Part shown: piece after piece, positions 27,224-37,809 of the stretch | How positions within the stretch are numbered: the first letter of the stretch is position 1 | Layout of the letters: the number at the start of each line of letters is the position of its first letter | DNA from: Chloroflexota bacterium | Lineage (GTDB): Bacteria; Chloroflexota; Dehalococcoidia; GIF9; AB-539-J10 | NCBI GenBank assembly: GCA_036834125.1 | Contig: DAITOK010000001.1 | Location: 57,314-121,313 of the forward strand | DNA length: 64,000 bases | Direction: 5' to 3' | Made by a program: the position numbers and the translations under genes | The notes under the pieces: generated by a model | Told to the model about the DNA's origin: nothing | The model's database searches: none | Seen by the model: the letters and a program-made list of their open reading frames with translations, nothing else

Positions 27224-29034
27224 GCATAATTACAGAAGTAAAGCAACGGCTAGATATAGTAGAACTTGTTTCAGAATATGTTAAACTGCAGAAGGCGGGG
27301 CGTAACTTCAAAGGTTTATGCCCTTTCCATACTGAGAAGCATCCTTCCTTTTTTGTCTTTCCTGAACAACAAAGCTGGCATTGTTTTGGTGCCTGTGGCA
27401 CTGGTGGTGATGTCTTCTCGTTCATCATGAAAAAGGAAGGGATCGGTTTTGGGCAAGCGCTGCGTGTTTTGGCACAAAGAGGAGGCATAACTTTAAGCGT
27501 TCGTGAGGCGCTAGACAAGGTGGAGGATGAGAAGAAGCAGAGACTATTTCAGATTAATGAGGCAGCCGCTGAGTACTATCACCATTTACTTACTAGCACC
27601 AAGGCTGGGGAGGTGGCTAGAAGCTATCTGGTAAAGAGGAATGTCACGTCTGAGACTATTAAAGAATTCCGTCTCGGGTTCAGTCCTGATGCCTGGGAAA
27701 TCATTAAAAGCTATTTGACCAGTAAAGGTTATACAGAAAAGGAGCTAATAGAAGCTGGTTTGTTAATTGAGAAAGAAGAGGGTGGTAGTTATGATCGATT
27801 TCGCAATCGGTTGATGTTTCCCATATGTGACATTCAAGGTCGGGTCACTGGTTTCGGTGCCAGAGTTTTGGACGATTCCTTGCCTAAATATATCAATTCA
27901 CCGCAAACGCTGATTTTCGATAAGAGTGCTAGTCTGTACGGCATTGATAAGGCTAAATCTGCAATCAGGAACACGAATTTAGCAATAATTGTGGAGGGCT
28001 ATATGGATGTTCTCATTGCTCACCAGTATGGCTGGCAAAATGTGGTCGGCTCAATGGGGATATCCTTGACTGAAAAACAAGTGGGTAATATTAAGAGGTT
28101 GACCAATAACATAACTCTGGCACTCGATGCTGATGTTGCTGGTGAAGAAGCTACCTTGCGGGGCAAAGCAATATTAACTTACTATAATGTTGAAGGTAAT
28201 GTTATCCTATTACCTCCGGGCAAGGATCCCGACGAAGTAATAAGGGAAGACATAGTTCTGTGGCAGAAACTAGCAGAGAAAGCTATGCCTGTAATGGATT
28301 TTGCTTTTCAGTCGGTAATAAGCAAGGTTGATATCAACAAAGCCAAGGACAAATCCGTAGCTCTAGAAAAGCTCTTGCCCTCAATTTATGAGATAAAAGA
28401 CCCTGCGCAGAAGTTCCATTATGTGGAGAAGTTGGCTCGTGCACTGAAAATTAAAACATCAGATATAGAAGCGGCATTGCAAAGGCTAAAGACTGCTAGG
28501 GAAAAACCTCGGTTTGGCAAACCTGTAGAGCAATCTCGTCTTGCTCGCCAGCTTGTATCTAGTCCTATTGAAGAGCACTGCTTGGCACTTCTTCTTCAAT
28601 ATCCAGAACTACGTCCTCTGGCTGGAGAATTATTCCCTGAACATTTTGAGTTTACGGAGAATCGAGAGATTTTTATCCAGTGGCAACGTAGTTGTGACAT
28701 ATCAGAACTGGAAAGCAAACTTGACACTAGTTTATTAGAACATTTATACTATTTGGTCAACAAAAATCTACCGCCAGCTATACGCCGAAGCGAGCCAACA
28801 AGGCAGCGCGATTTAATCAACTGTGTTCTTCGTCTGCAAGAAAAGTTGTACCGGAAATTGGAGGCTCAGAAAGCAGCGATACTCGAGATTGAAAGGGAAA
28901 AAGGCGGCATAAACTCAGAGTTATCTAAGCTGGAAGAGCAAGGGATAAGTTCCGGGCAACGACTCCGTGAAGTCTTTGTCAAAAGAGGGAAAAACCATGG
29001 ATGTAATGAAGGAAGAAAATATCAGCTTGGATAG
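27220..29034 (+). CDS. dnaG: DNA primase
   Basis: A zinc-binding [11 protein letters not shown]...CFGCGTGGD motif, a TOPRIM domain (IVEGYMDV) and a 4-nt overlap with dgt. Confidence 0.85.
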   Translation: MSIITEVKQRLDIVELVSEYVKLQKAGRNFKGLCPFHTEKHPSFFVFPEQQSWHCFGACGTGGDVFSFIMKKEGIGFGQALRVLAQRGGITLSVREALDKVEDEKKQRLFQINEAAAEYYHHLLTSTKAGEVARSYLVKRNVTSETIKEFRLGFSPDAWEIIKSYLTSKGYTEKELIEAGLLIEKEEGGSYDRFRNRLMFPICDIQGRVTGFGARVLDDSLPKYINSPQTLIFDKSASLYGIDKAKSAIRNTNLAIIVEGYMDVLIAHQYGWQNVVGSMGISLTEKQVGNIKRLTNNITLALDADVAGEEATLRGKAILTYYNVEGNVILLPPGKDPDEVIREDIVLWQKLAEKAMPVMDFAFQSVISKVDINKAKDKSVALEKLLPSIYEIKDPAQKFHYVEKLARALKIKTSDIEAALQRLKTAREKPRFGKPVEQSRLARQLVSSPIEEHCLALLLQYPELRPLAGELFPEHFEFTENREIFIQWQRSCDISELESKLDTSLLEHLYYLVNKNLPPAIRRSEPTRQRDLINCVLRLQEKLYRKLEAQKAAILEIEREKGGINSELSKLEEQGISSGQRLREVFVKRGKNHGCNEGRKYQLG

Positions 29035-30478
29035 TGCTGAAGTAGTTCCTGAAGATTTGCTCACTGAAGAAGTCGAAGCTGAGGACGTCAGCGCTTTAGT
29101 GGCTGAGGAGGTTGAAGAAAAAGAGGAGGCTGAGGAACTAACCGCTGAGGGAATTGAAGAGATCAAACCTCCACAGCTGCTGGCAGAGTATGAGGTAATT
29201 GATGACTCAGCTCGGATGTATCTTCAGGAAATCGGCAGGGTGCCACTGCTTACTGTCCAGGAAGAGAAATTATTATGCCAGAAGATAGAGCTGGGTAGGA
29301 GTCTGGAAAAAATTGAAGATAGCCACTTCAGGAAATGCAAAAGATATCCGTCCCCAGTTGACTTAGCTATTTATTTGCTTTCTCAATTATGTAAAGTCTA
29401 TCCAGTAGTCCAGATTATCGAAGAGCATATTGGCATTAAGCGCTCTAACAGTGTAGTAGAGACGATCAAAAACCCTAAACTTCGTTCTGCTATTGATGCT
29501 GTTATAGATTCGTCATTAATAGCAGAAGTTGCTAAAGGCTTAAGCAAGAGTCCCACGGCAGCTGAGGAAGCAATAATAACTCTTTCTGTGAGCAGTCAGC
29601 TTCTGCCCCCGAAGTTGCTAGAGCTTTTAGCTAAAAATAAGACGTCTTGGCAAAAACTGAAGACTCTATTGACTAGCGATAAATTCCTATCTGGGCTTAA
29701 CTCTTATAGCAGCGAGTTTAAGGCTTTCTTTGAGCGAGTGAAGGGCGAGGCAAAGGCATCAGAGAAACATCTTACCGAAGCTAACCTGCGTCTGGTAGTG
29801 AGCATAGCTAAGAAATATATTGGGCACGGTATGCCTCTTCTGGAACTTATCCAAGAAGGAAATATTGGACTTATTAGGGCTGTGGATAAATTCCAATATA
29901 GGAAGGGCTACAAGTTCAGTACGTACGCTACGTGGTGGATCAGACAGGGTATCACTCGGTCTATAGCTGACCAATCTCGTGCTATTCGTATTCCGGTACA
30001 CATGGTGGAAACGATTAACAAGTTGCTGCGCATGATGAGACAGTTAATACAAGAGTTGGGACGTGAACCCACTTATGAAGAAATTGGCGAGCGGCTAAAC
30101 ATGTCTCCAGAAAGAGTGGAGGAGGTTATGTCCTTATTTTTCCGTGAGCCAATATCATTAGATATGCCTATTGGTGAGGATGAAGATAGCCGGTTAGGCG
30201 ACCTGGTTGAGGATCATACCAGTTTAGCACCAACCGAGGCTACTTCACAGCAATTGCTCAAAGAGCAGATAGATAAGGTACTTGGTGAACTTACTGAGCG
30301 CGAGAAAAGGGTGCTAGAGCTTAGATTCGGACTTAAAGATGGACATGCCAGAACCTTAGAGGAAGTGGGTAAGGAATTCAACGTGACTCGGGAGAGGATT
30401 CGCCAGATCGAAGGGAAGGCTCTGCGTAAATTGCGTCATCCCACGCGCAGCAGGAAACTCAAGGGCTACCTAGACTAA
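28997..30478 (+). CDS. rpoD: RNA polymerase primary sigma factor (sigma-70)
   Basis: An acidic N-terminal region, region 2 ([17 protein letters not shown]) and region 4. The ATG at 28997 follows AAGAGGGA; the ORF is open from 28967. Confidence 0.85.
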   Translation: MDVMKEENISLDSAEVVPEDLLTEEVEAEDVSALVAEEVEEKEEAEELTAEGIEEIKPPQLLAEYEVIDDSARMYLQEIGRVPLLTVQEEKLLCQKIELGRSLEKIEDSHFRKCKRYPSPVDLAIYLLSQLCKVYPVVQIIEEHIGIKRSNSVVETIKNPKLRSAIDAVIDSSLIAEVAKGLSKSPTAAEEAIITLSVSSQLLPPKLLELLAKNKTSWQKLKTLLTSDKFLSGLNSYSSEFKAFFERVKGEAKASEKHLTEANLRLVVSIAKKYIGHGMPLLELIQEGNIGLIRAVDKFQYRKGYKFSTYATWWIRQGITRSIADQSRAIRIPVHMVETINKLLRMMRQLIQELGREPTYEEIGERLNMSPERVEEVMSLFFREPISLDMPIGEDEDSRLGDLVEDHTSLAPTEATSQQLLKEQIDKVLGELTEREKRVLELRFGLKDGHARTLEEVGKEFNVTRERIRQIEGKALRKLRHPTRSRKLKGYLD

Positions 30479-30577
30479 AATATCCACAAAAATCACAGAT
30501 TTTTCGCGAACTAGTAAATCAAACGTGTGAAATCCTTCACCAATTACAGGCATTTTCGAAATTGCTCTAGACGCACT

Positions 30578-31918
30578 TCATTTCAGAGGTATGTCAAACA
30601 TACCCCCTATCTTCTTGGGTAGTTTGCCCTGCGCCAGCGATTTGGTTAGCTTTTGTATCTCACGGAACTGGTTAAGGAGTTGATTAACATCCTTGGGCGT
30701 TGTGCCACTTCCCTGAGCGATCCGGCTTCTTCGTCTGCCGTCAATAATAGCTGGATTACGCCTTTCTGCGTAAGTCATAGATAAAATAATAGCCTCTATT
30801 TTTTTTAACTGTTTCTCGCCTTCTTTATCTGGTAAATAAGCAGCAAGTTTAGATAAACCGGGCATCATTTCTACTATTCCTCCTAAAGACCCCATCTTGC
30901 GTATTTGGCGCAGCTGGTTGAGAAAGTCCTCGAGGTCGAAATCTCCAGTGCGCATTTTTCTTTCCAAATTCTTGACCTGTTGCTGGTCGAAAGCTGCCTC
31001 GGCTTTCTCGATAAGTGTGAGCATGTCTCCCATACCCAAAATACGAGATGCTAAGCGGTCGGGATAAAATACTTCCAACGCATCTATTTTTTCCCCTGTC
31101 CCCAGGTATTTTATGGGTATGCCGGTAACAAACCTGATAGAAAGAGCTGCTCCACCCCGGGCATCTCCATCCATCTTGGTCAAGATCAGCCCAGTCAGTC
31201 CAATTCGGCTGTGAAACTCTTGAGCAACGCGTACAGCATCTTGCCCGATCATGGCATCTACCGTGAGCAATATCTCGGATGGTCTCAGCAAAGACTTGAT
31301 GTCAGCTAGCTCTTTCATCAGGGCGTCATCAATGTGCAGTCGCCCTTGGGTATCCACGATAACCCAGGAAGCGCCTGTTTCCTTGGCTTGCTTCAGAGCA
31401 TGTTGGCAAATTACCGTCGCTGGCACACTGGCATCTTCGCTGTACACAGGGATGTTGTGTTGTGTGCCTAGTAACTTAAGTTGTTCGATGGCTGCAGGTC
31501 GGCGGATATCAGCAGCTACTAGCAAAGGGCGTTGTCCTTGATGTTTAAGATGGGCAGCTAGCTTTGCTGCTGTAGTGGTCTTACCAGAGCCCTGTAGCCC
31601 CACAAGTAAGGCAACTCTTGGTAACTCAGTACCCGAGGCTAAGCGGCTAGGCTCTCCACCCAGGATACTGATTAATTCTTCGTTGACGATTTTGATAATT
31701 TGCTGGGCTGGCGTCAGGCTGTGCAGTGCTTCCGAGCCAATAGCCCGCTCTCGCACCTTGGACAGGAACTCCTTGACTACTTTGAAGTTTACATCTGCTT
31801 CTAGAAGCGCCAGCCGTACCTGACGTAATGCCTCATCAACATCACCTTCGCTAAGCTTGCCTTTCTTACCGAGCTTATCAAATATAGCGGTCAGCTTTTG
31901 GGTTAAGATTTCCAGCAT
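30578..31918 (-). CDS. ffh: Signal recognition particle protein Ffh
   Basis: An N domain, G domain (GLQGSGKTTTAAKLA, DTQGR) and M domain. Confidence 0.9.
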   Translation of the reverse strand: MLEILTQKLTAIFDKLGKKGKLSEGDVDEALRQVRLALLEADVNFKVVKEFLSKVRERAIGSEALHSLTPAQQIIKIVNEELISILGGEPSRLASGTELPRVALLVGLQGSGKTTTAAKLAAHLKHQGQRPLLVAADIRRPAAIEQLKLLGTQHNIPVYSEDASVPATVICQHALKQAKETGASWVIVDTQGRLHIDDALMKELADIKSLLRPSEILLTVDAMIGQDAVRVAQEFHSRIGLTGLILTKMDGDARGGAALSIRFVTGIPIKYLGTGEKIDALEVFYPDRLASRILGMGDMLTLIEKAEAAFDQQQVKNLERKMRTGDFDLEDFLNQLRQIRKMGSLGGIVEMMPGLSKLAAYLPDKEGEKQLKKIEAIILSMTYAERRNPAIIDGRRRSRIAQGSGTTPKDVNQLLNQFREIQKLTKSLAQGKLPKKIGGMFDIPLK

Positions 31919-32029
31919 ACTCGTCTACTAGTATTTTATTCCTATTGTTTCGCCAAGTCTATAAATTTTTAACTTTAACCTGAGGACCCCATTGCGCTTA
32001 ACCGAGAATCGGTATACTATATAAGCCCG

Positions 32030-32503
32030 ATGGAACAGCTTTGGGCACCCTGGCGAATAGAGTATGTACGAAGAGATACGGAAAGCAGTTGTATTTTATG
32101 TCAGAAACCTAGAGAAGATAATGATGAGGCGAATTTTATCCTGTATCGTGGTCAACACAACTTTGTAATTCTGAACGCTTTTCCCTATAACGCAGGACAT
32201 TTGATGGTCGCTCCTTATCGGCATATAGCAGATTTATCAGATTTGACGGATAAAGAAGCACAAGAGCACTTTGATGTTATCAAGAAGTGTTTGCAACTCT
32301 TGAAAGAAGTGATGACTCCTACCGGGTTCAATATTGGCTTAAATTTAGGCAAAGCTGCCGGAGCAGGGATAGCGGAGCATATCCACACTCATTTAGTGCC
32401 TAGATGGCAAGGCGACACTAATTTTATGCCGGTGCTGTCTGATACCAAGGTCGTATCAGAGGCTCTGGCTGTTACCTATAAGAGGCTAAAAGCCAAATTG
32501 TAG
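32030..32503 (+). CDS. HIT family protein (Ap4A phosphorylase/GalT-like branch)
   Basis: An APWR N-terminus and the histidine triad HIHTHLVPR. Confidence 0.65.
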   Translation: MEQLWAPWRIEYVRRDTESSCILCQKPREDNDEANFILYRGQHNFVILNAFPYNAGHLMVAPYRHIADLSDLTDKEAQEHFDVIKKCLQLLKEVMTPTGFNIGLNLGKAAGAGIAEHIHTHLVPRWQGDTNFMPVLSDTKVVSEALAVTYKRLKAKL

Positions 32504-32569
32504 TGTAGTTGCCAGCCTGCCAAAACTCTTGAAGTTATCTGGTAATTCAACAATATAAAGGAGTTTGCC

Positions 32570-33709
32570 ATGCATTTCATTATCCTTTTGGGATTGGTGA
32601 GTCTATTCGGGGATGTAACTTACGAGGGGGCTAGGAGCGTTGTGGGGCCTTATTTACATATGCTAGGGGCAAATGCTGCTGTTGTCAGTTTAGTAGCTGG
32701 CGCAGGAGAATTTGTGGGCTATGCTGTGCGTCTGGCTTCTGGTTATGTTGCTGATCACACCAAGGCATATTGGCTTTTGATTTTTATTGGTTATGGATTG
32801 CTTTTGTGTGTTCCCTTGCTGGCATTTGCTGGTCACTGGCAACTTGCTGTGGTGTTTGTCATCCTAGAGCGGGTTGGAAAAGCTATAAGAAGTCCGGCCA
32901 GGGATACTATGCTTTCTTATGCCACTAAGGCGGTAGGGAGAGGTTGGGGATTCGCTGTTCATGAAGCTCTAGACCAAGTTGGAGCAATCATTGGTCCGAT
33001 ATTCTTTTCCTTTGTTCTTATTCTCAACGGTGATTACCGGGAGGGCTTTGTTTTGCTATGGATACCAGCTCTGTTAGTCTTAGCTCTCCTGGCTTTAGCA
33101 AGGAAGAAGTTTCCCTCACCACAAAATCTAGAGGCTCCTGAGGAAACAAACACGCGAAGTAGCACAAACAAACTTCGCAAGGTGTTTTGGTTGTATATTG
33201 CATTTACCTTGTTTTCTGTGGCGGGGTTCGCCAATTTTCAATTAATTTCTTACCATCTTAAAGTCCATAATATTGTTCCAGATGCCCAAATTCCCACAAT
33301 GTATGTCATTGCCATGGGAGTGGATGCCCTAACAGCGCTCATTGTAGGAAAAACTTATGACAGAATCGGGCTTATATCGCTATTGACAGTCCCTTTACTG
33401 ATCGTGCCCATCCCCTTTTTAGCTTTTTCACACAGCTATAGCCTAGTGGTAGTGGGTATGGTGCTGTGGGGTGCGGTGATGGGAATTCAAGAGACGATTA
33501 TGCGGGCTGCCATCGCCGATTTAACACCTATAGAGCGAAGAGGATTTGCCTACGGGATATTCAATACAGTGTACGGAGCTGGTTGGCTTCTGGGAGGCAC
33601 TGTGATGGGATTGTTCTACGAACTTTCTCTGAGCTATCTAGTTCTGTTTGTCATCATTGTGGAGCTGCTCTCGGTTCCTTTATTCTTCTTGGTCAAGAGA
33701 ACAGCTTAG
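32570..33709 (+). CDS. MFS transporter
   Basis: About 12 predicted TM helices; an AAGGAG RBS precedes it. Confidence 0.65.
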   Translation: MHFIILLGLVSLFGDVTYEGARSVVGPYLHMLGANAAVVSLVAGAGEFVGYAVRLASGYVADHTKAYWLLIFIGYGLLLCVPLLAFAGHWQLAVVFVILERVGKAIRSPARDTMLSYATKAVGRGWGFAVHEALDQVGAIIGPIFFSFVLILNGDYREGFVLLWIPALLVLALLALARKKFPSPQNLEAPEETNTRSSTNKLRKVFWLYIAFTLFSVAGFANFQLISYHLKVHNIVPDAQIPTMYVIAMGVDALTALIVGKTYDRIGLISLLTVPLLIVPIPFLAFSHSYSLVVVGMVLWGAVMGIQETIMRAAIADLTPIERRGFAYGIFNTVYGAGWLLGGTVMGLFYELSLSYLVLFVIIVELLSVPLFFLVKRTA

Positions 33710-33711
33710 CT

Positions 33712-34527
33712 TCAAGTAGCTTGAGGGTAAGAGCCAAGTATCTTGATGAAAGTAGCTTCCTTTTGCAACTCTCTTATGGCTTCCTGGTAGATTTTGTCAT
33801 CCAAGTGACCTTCGAAATCAACATAGAAAACATATTCCCAGGGCTTAGTTCGGCTCGGTCTGGATTCCAATTTTGTTAGGTTTATATTGCGGGTGGCAAA
33901 GATGCCCAGGATTCTGTATAAGGAGCCCGGCTTATGTTGGGCAGCAAAAACGAGAGATGTCTTGTTTTTCTGGGCGGGCTTTGCTTTTTGTTTTGAGATA
34001 GCCACGAATTTGGTATAGTTATTGGCACTTGTTTCAATTTCCGGTGCCAGTATCTCTAGACCATAAAGGTCAGCAGCTTTTTTGCTAGCTATGGCAGCGC
34101 AGTTTTTCAAACTTTTCTCTTTTATCATTTTGGCACTGCCTGCCGTATCATAGGTAGGCACAATTTCGACCTTCAACTTATTTAGGAATTCGTCACATTG
34201 AGCTAAGGCTTGAGGGTGGGAGTAAATTGTGGTTATATCGGCTAACTTTTGCCCTGGCAACGCCATCAGACAATGACTTACTCTGAGGATAACTTCAGCA
34301 AATATATTGAGTGGATACGCCAGTAGCAAGTCGTAGGTGTCGTTGATGCTACCAGCTTGGGAATTTTCCAGAGGAACTACTCCAAATTCAACCTTATCCC
34401 GAGACACAAGTTCAAAAACGTCTCTCAATCGCACACATGGCGAAAAAGCTATGTCGCTGCCAAAGAGCTTTGTGGCAGCATCCTCGCTGAAAGCGCCTCT
34501 CTCTCCTTGAAAAGCGACCTTAACCAT
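33712..34527 (-). CDS. pheA: Prephenate dehydratase with a C-terminal ACT domain
   Basis: VAFQGERGAFSE and TRF-like PDT motifs, with an ACT domain (SLVFAAQHKPGSLYRIL). Confidence 0.75.
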   Translation of the reverse strand: MVKVAFQGERGAFSEDAATKLFGSDIAFSPCVRLRDVFELVSRDKVEFGVVPLENSQAGSINDTYDLLLAYPLNIFAEVILRVSHCLMALPGQKLADITTIYSHPQALAQCDEFLNKLKVEIVPTYDTAGSAKMIKEKSLKNCAAIASKKAADLYGLEILAPEIETSANNYTKFVAISKQKAKPAQKNKTSLVFAAQHKPGSLYRILGIFATRNINLTKLESRPSRTKPWEYVFYVDFEGHLDDKIYQEAIRELQKEATFIKILGSYPQAT

Positions 34528-34583
34528 GTGAGCTGACGGAAAAGTATAGCCTAAATTTCCTTCGACTTTCTAGTGCAGCTTGA

Positions 34584-36008
34584 TTAGCCTTTCCAGAAAT
34601 GGGGAGAAAATATCATAAACACGGTAAACAGTTCTAGCCGCCCGAGCCACATGCACGTAATTAAAATGACCTTGGCTGCTGGAGGTAGCCAGGCATAATT
34701 TGAACTAGGACCTACCTCGCCTAAACCCGGTCCGACATTCCCCAAAGTAGCAGCTGTTGCTGAGACGGCTGTCTCCATATTAAGCCCTAGGAAACACAGT
34801 GTTATTGAAGCTATAATAGCCACAAGAATATACAAAAAGAAGAAAGAAATTATATCTCGGACTATTCCTTCAGAAAGAGGCTTTCGGTTGTATTTAAGGG
34901 GAATCACAGCTTTGGGGAAAATGGCTTTCCTCATCATGACTCTTGTATGTTTCATCAAGGTTAAAGCTCGCATCAGCTTTATGCCACCGCCAGTTGAGCC
35001 CCCACAGGCTCCCACGAACATCAAAACCAAAAGCACCATTCTGGCGCCAGATTCCCACGAATTGAAATCTGCTGTGACAAAACCGGTGGTAGTCATGATC
35101 GAGACTGCTTGGAAGATTCCTTGTCTATACAGGTCAGGTCCTTGGGAAAATATTAGCAACGAGATAGTTATTGCTAGGACAATCAAATAAAGCCTGAATT
35201 CGTCATCTTTAATTGCTTTCCAATTTCTCCGTAGAAGATGATAATGGATTATGAAATTTGTGCCTGCCATTAACATAAAGAACATAATAATATATTCAGC
35301 TAAGGGATTGTTATAGGCTCCAATACTTGCCGTAGTAGGAGTAAATCCACCGGTGGAAAGGGTTGAGAGAGAGATGCAAATTGAGTCGAAGAGAGAAAGC
35401 TTGGCTACGAAGTAAAGAAGACCTATTTGAACAGCAGTGAAAACTGCATAGATGCTCCAAAGAAGCCTGGCTGTGGTGCTGAACCTAGGGCGTAATCTTT
35501 CGGGTAATGGTGCTGGAAACTCACGGTCAAAGAGCTGAGAACCTCCTACAGCTAGTCTAGGCAAGATAGCAACAAACAGAACAATTACCCCCATGCCACC
35601 CAGCCATTGCGTAAGGCTACGCCATAATAGAGCACTCTTGGGCAGCTCTTCCACTCTGGTTAGTATGGTTGCTCCAGTGGTCGTGAAGCCAGACATAGAC
35701 TCAAAGAAGGCGTCGAGGAAACTCAGTTTCAAAAATACATAGGGGAGTGTGCCGAGGAAGGAAATGATAAGCCAGGTGAAAGCTACTATGGTGAAACCGT
35801 CAGCACGCTCTATTTCCTTGGTAGTTTTAAATCTGAATTGGAGAATTAAGCTGAGAGCCAAGGTAATCAGTAAAGCGTACAGGTAAGTGTACCACTGCAC
35901 CTCGCCGTAGTGAATAGCCACGCATAAAGGGAGAATATAGGCTAAGGCGAAATATTTTAGGAGCGAGCCAACGATGTGTAGGGTTAACCTTACCCTTTGG
36001 AGAACCAT
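34584..36008 (-). CDS. trkH: TrkH/KtrB family potassium uptake membrane protein
   Basis: A multi-TM protein with repeated selectivity-filter-like GTTGF, STGGF and MTTTGF motifs. Confidence 0.75.
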   Translation of the reverse strand: MVLQRVRLTLHIVGSLLKYFALAYILPLCVAIHYGEVQWYTYLYALLITLALSLILQFRFKTTKEIERADGFTIVAFTWLIISFLGTLPYVFLKLSFLDAFFESMSGFTTTGATILTRVEELPKSALLWRSLTQWLGGMGVIVLFVAILPRLAVGGSQLFDREFPAPLPERLRPRFSTTARLLWSIYAVFTAVQIGLLYFVAKLSLFDSICISLSTLSTGGFTPTTASIGAYNNPLAEYIIMFFMLMAGTNFIIHYHLLRRNWKAIKDDEFRLYLIVLAITISLLIFSQGPDLYRQGIFQAVSIMTTTGFVTADFNSWESGARMVLLVLMFVGACGGSTGGGIKLMRALTLMKHTRVMMRKAIFPKAVIPLKYNRKPLSEGIVRDIISFFFLYILVAIIASITLCFLGLNMETAVSATAATLGNVGPGLGEVGPSSNYAWLPPAAKVILITCMWLGRLELFTVFMIFSPHFWKG

Positions 36009-36646
36009 TTATTCATGAACTCGATCCCCCTTTTAGCCACTTCCCGATTGACAATGAGAGTCAGCCAATCCTTAGGCTTTATCTCCTTGTCGTCACTTAG
36101 AAACTTTTCCCCTCTTTGTACCACGAGGACCTTTACACCGATGGGGGTTGCTAATTCGGACACACTCCGCCCAACGCATCGCATACCCTCTTCAATTTCT
36201 ATTTCAAAAATTTCTGCTCTTTCGAACGAAAGAAAATCCTTTACATAGGGATGCAAGATCATGCGATAGATATGTTTGGCTGCTACCATGTCTGGGTTAA
36301 CCTGTAGATTAATCCCAGCTTGCTTAAATGTTTCGGTGTGCTCTGCCTCATCGACAAGAGAGATCACAGCTTTTACTCCCATTTCCTTAGCCATCATACA
36401 AATCATCAAGTTCTCTGAGTCGTCCCCTGCAGCGGCTACAAAAGCCTGAGCACTTCTGACCCTGGCTTCCTCCAAAGTGGACCTCTGGCTAGCATCTCCC
36501 GTGATAACCATAATATCAGAATCCTCGGCTATCTGAGCGCACTTTGCCGCATCCCGTTCTATGACCGCGACTTCATTTCCTTCCTTGACAAGCAGCTCTG
36601 CTAGATTCTTGCCTATATCACTTAAGCCTGCTATTACAATATACAT
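35990..36646 (-). CDS. trkA: Trk system NAD-binding regulatory protein TrkA/KtrA
   Basis: A Rossmann GLSDIGKNLA motif plus an RCK_C domain; it overlaps trkH by 19 nt. Confidence 0.75.
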   Translation of the reverse strand: MYIVIAGLSDIGKNLAELLVKEGNEVAVIERDAAKCAQIAEDSDIMVITGDASQRSTLEEARVRSAQAFVAAAGDDSENLMICMMAKEMGVKAVISLVDEAEHTETFKQAGINLQVNPDMVAAKHIYRMILHPYVKDFLSFERAEIFEIEIEEGMRCVGRSVSELATPIGVKVLVVQRGEKFLSDDKEIKPKDWLTLIVNREVAKRGIEFMNKWFSKG

Positions 36647-36774
36647 TGCTTTTCTTTAATGTCGAGTTGAGTTTGTCATCCTTTTGTAGGTCAGTGAATG
36701 TTCTGAAGAATAGAGGCCTTCGTTAAGGGGCGCATAAACTTGAAGGTTGACTTAGTATACTAGGCACCCTCCGT

Positions 36775-37656
36775 TCATATTGCTTCAATATTCCACCGCT
36801 GTTTAACACCAAGCGATTTTAATCTGCCCGTAATTGGATTGTCAAGTGCTGAATTATCTGACGGCAGATTCTTGACCTCTTTTAGCCAAGCCAGCGATCT
36901 GAGCTCCCGTTGCAGGATGTGTCTTATATACCCCTGCAGTAACTGCTCTAACTCCCGCGATAGTTCTGGATTTATTCTGACTCGCTTCGCAGTAGCATAG
37001 CCACAGTTTTGCCATAGGCGAAGGACTTTCAGAGCTTGGACTGAAAGTGGTACAGAACCTTTTAATGGAACTGGAGTTCCTTGTTCGTGATGGCTGTTTT
37101 CTTCCGCTTTACAATGGGGACACAAAACACCTCCTTTGCTAGGACTGAAGAAGTTCGTTACCGGCTTGAGATGGGAATCGCAGCCGACACATCGGCGCAA
37201 CTGTGGACGGTACCCGACGTGATTTAGAAGATGCAGCTCAAAATAGCGTAGTACAATTTCGTTGCTGTCAGGCTCACTCAACTGTTTTAGGATATCCAGC
37301 AATAAATCGAATAAGGGACGATTCTCGTTTCCCTCAACGGTAAAAGAATCAACAAGCTCTAAGATATAAAGGCCGCAAGCCATGCGCCACAAGTCACTCT
37401 TAACAGTTAGGAAACTGTTTATGGTTTGACTTTGAGTAATAATATCGAGATTGCGTCCCTTAGCCAGTAACAGCAGGCTGTAAGTCAGCGGTTCTATGTT
37501 GCCCGCCAGTTTACTCTTGGGACGGCAAGCTCCTTTAGCTACTGCTTTTAGCTTGCCAAATTCGGGAGTATAAATAGTAACGATCTTGTCAAATTCACCC
37601 AGCTTAGTTTGTCTTAAGACGATGGCTTGTGTTTGATAATTTCGAGATATACCCAC
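36775..37656 (-). CDS. recO: DNA repair protein RecO
   Basis: An N-terminal OB fold (AIVLRQTKLGEFDKIV) and a Zn finger (CVGCDS...CPHC). Confidence 0.75.
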   Translation of the reverse strand: MGISRNYQTQAIVLRQTKLGEFDKIVTIYTPEFGKLKAVAKGACRPKSKLAGNIEPLTYSLLLLAKGRNLDIITQSQTINSFLTVKSDLWRMACGLYILELVDSFTVEGNENRPLFDLLLDILKQLSEPDSNEIVLRYFELHLLNHVGYRPQLRRCVGCDSHLKPVTNFFSPSKGGVLCPHCKAEENSHHEQGTPVPLKGSVPLSVQALKVLRLWQNCGYATAKRVRINPELSRELEQLLQGYIRHILQRELRSLAWLKEVKNLPSDNSALDNPITGRLKSLGVKQRWNIEAI

Positions 37657-37809
37657 CTTGAGTCCTGAACTTCAAAACACGGAATCCCAGCAAATCCGAG
37701 TATCTAATCGGAGTTCAAAGCTTTCATTTTGTGTGTTTGTGTTTCCAGTGAAATGGGAAAGATTTTGCTCCTTTTCTAAAATTATACCCCTCTGGCTCTC
37801 CAGCCATGC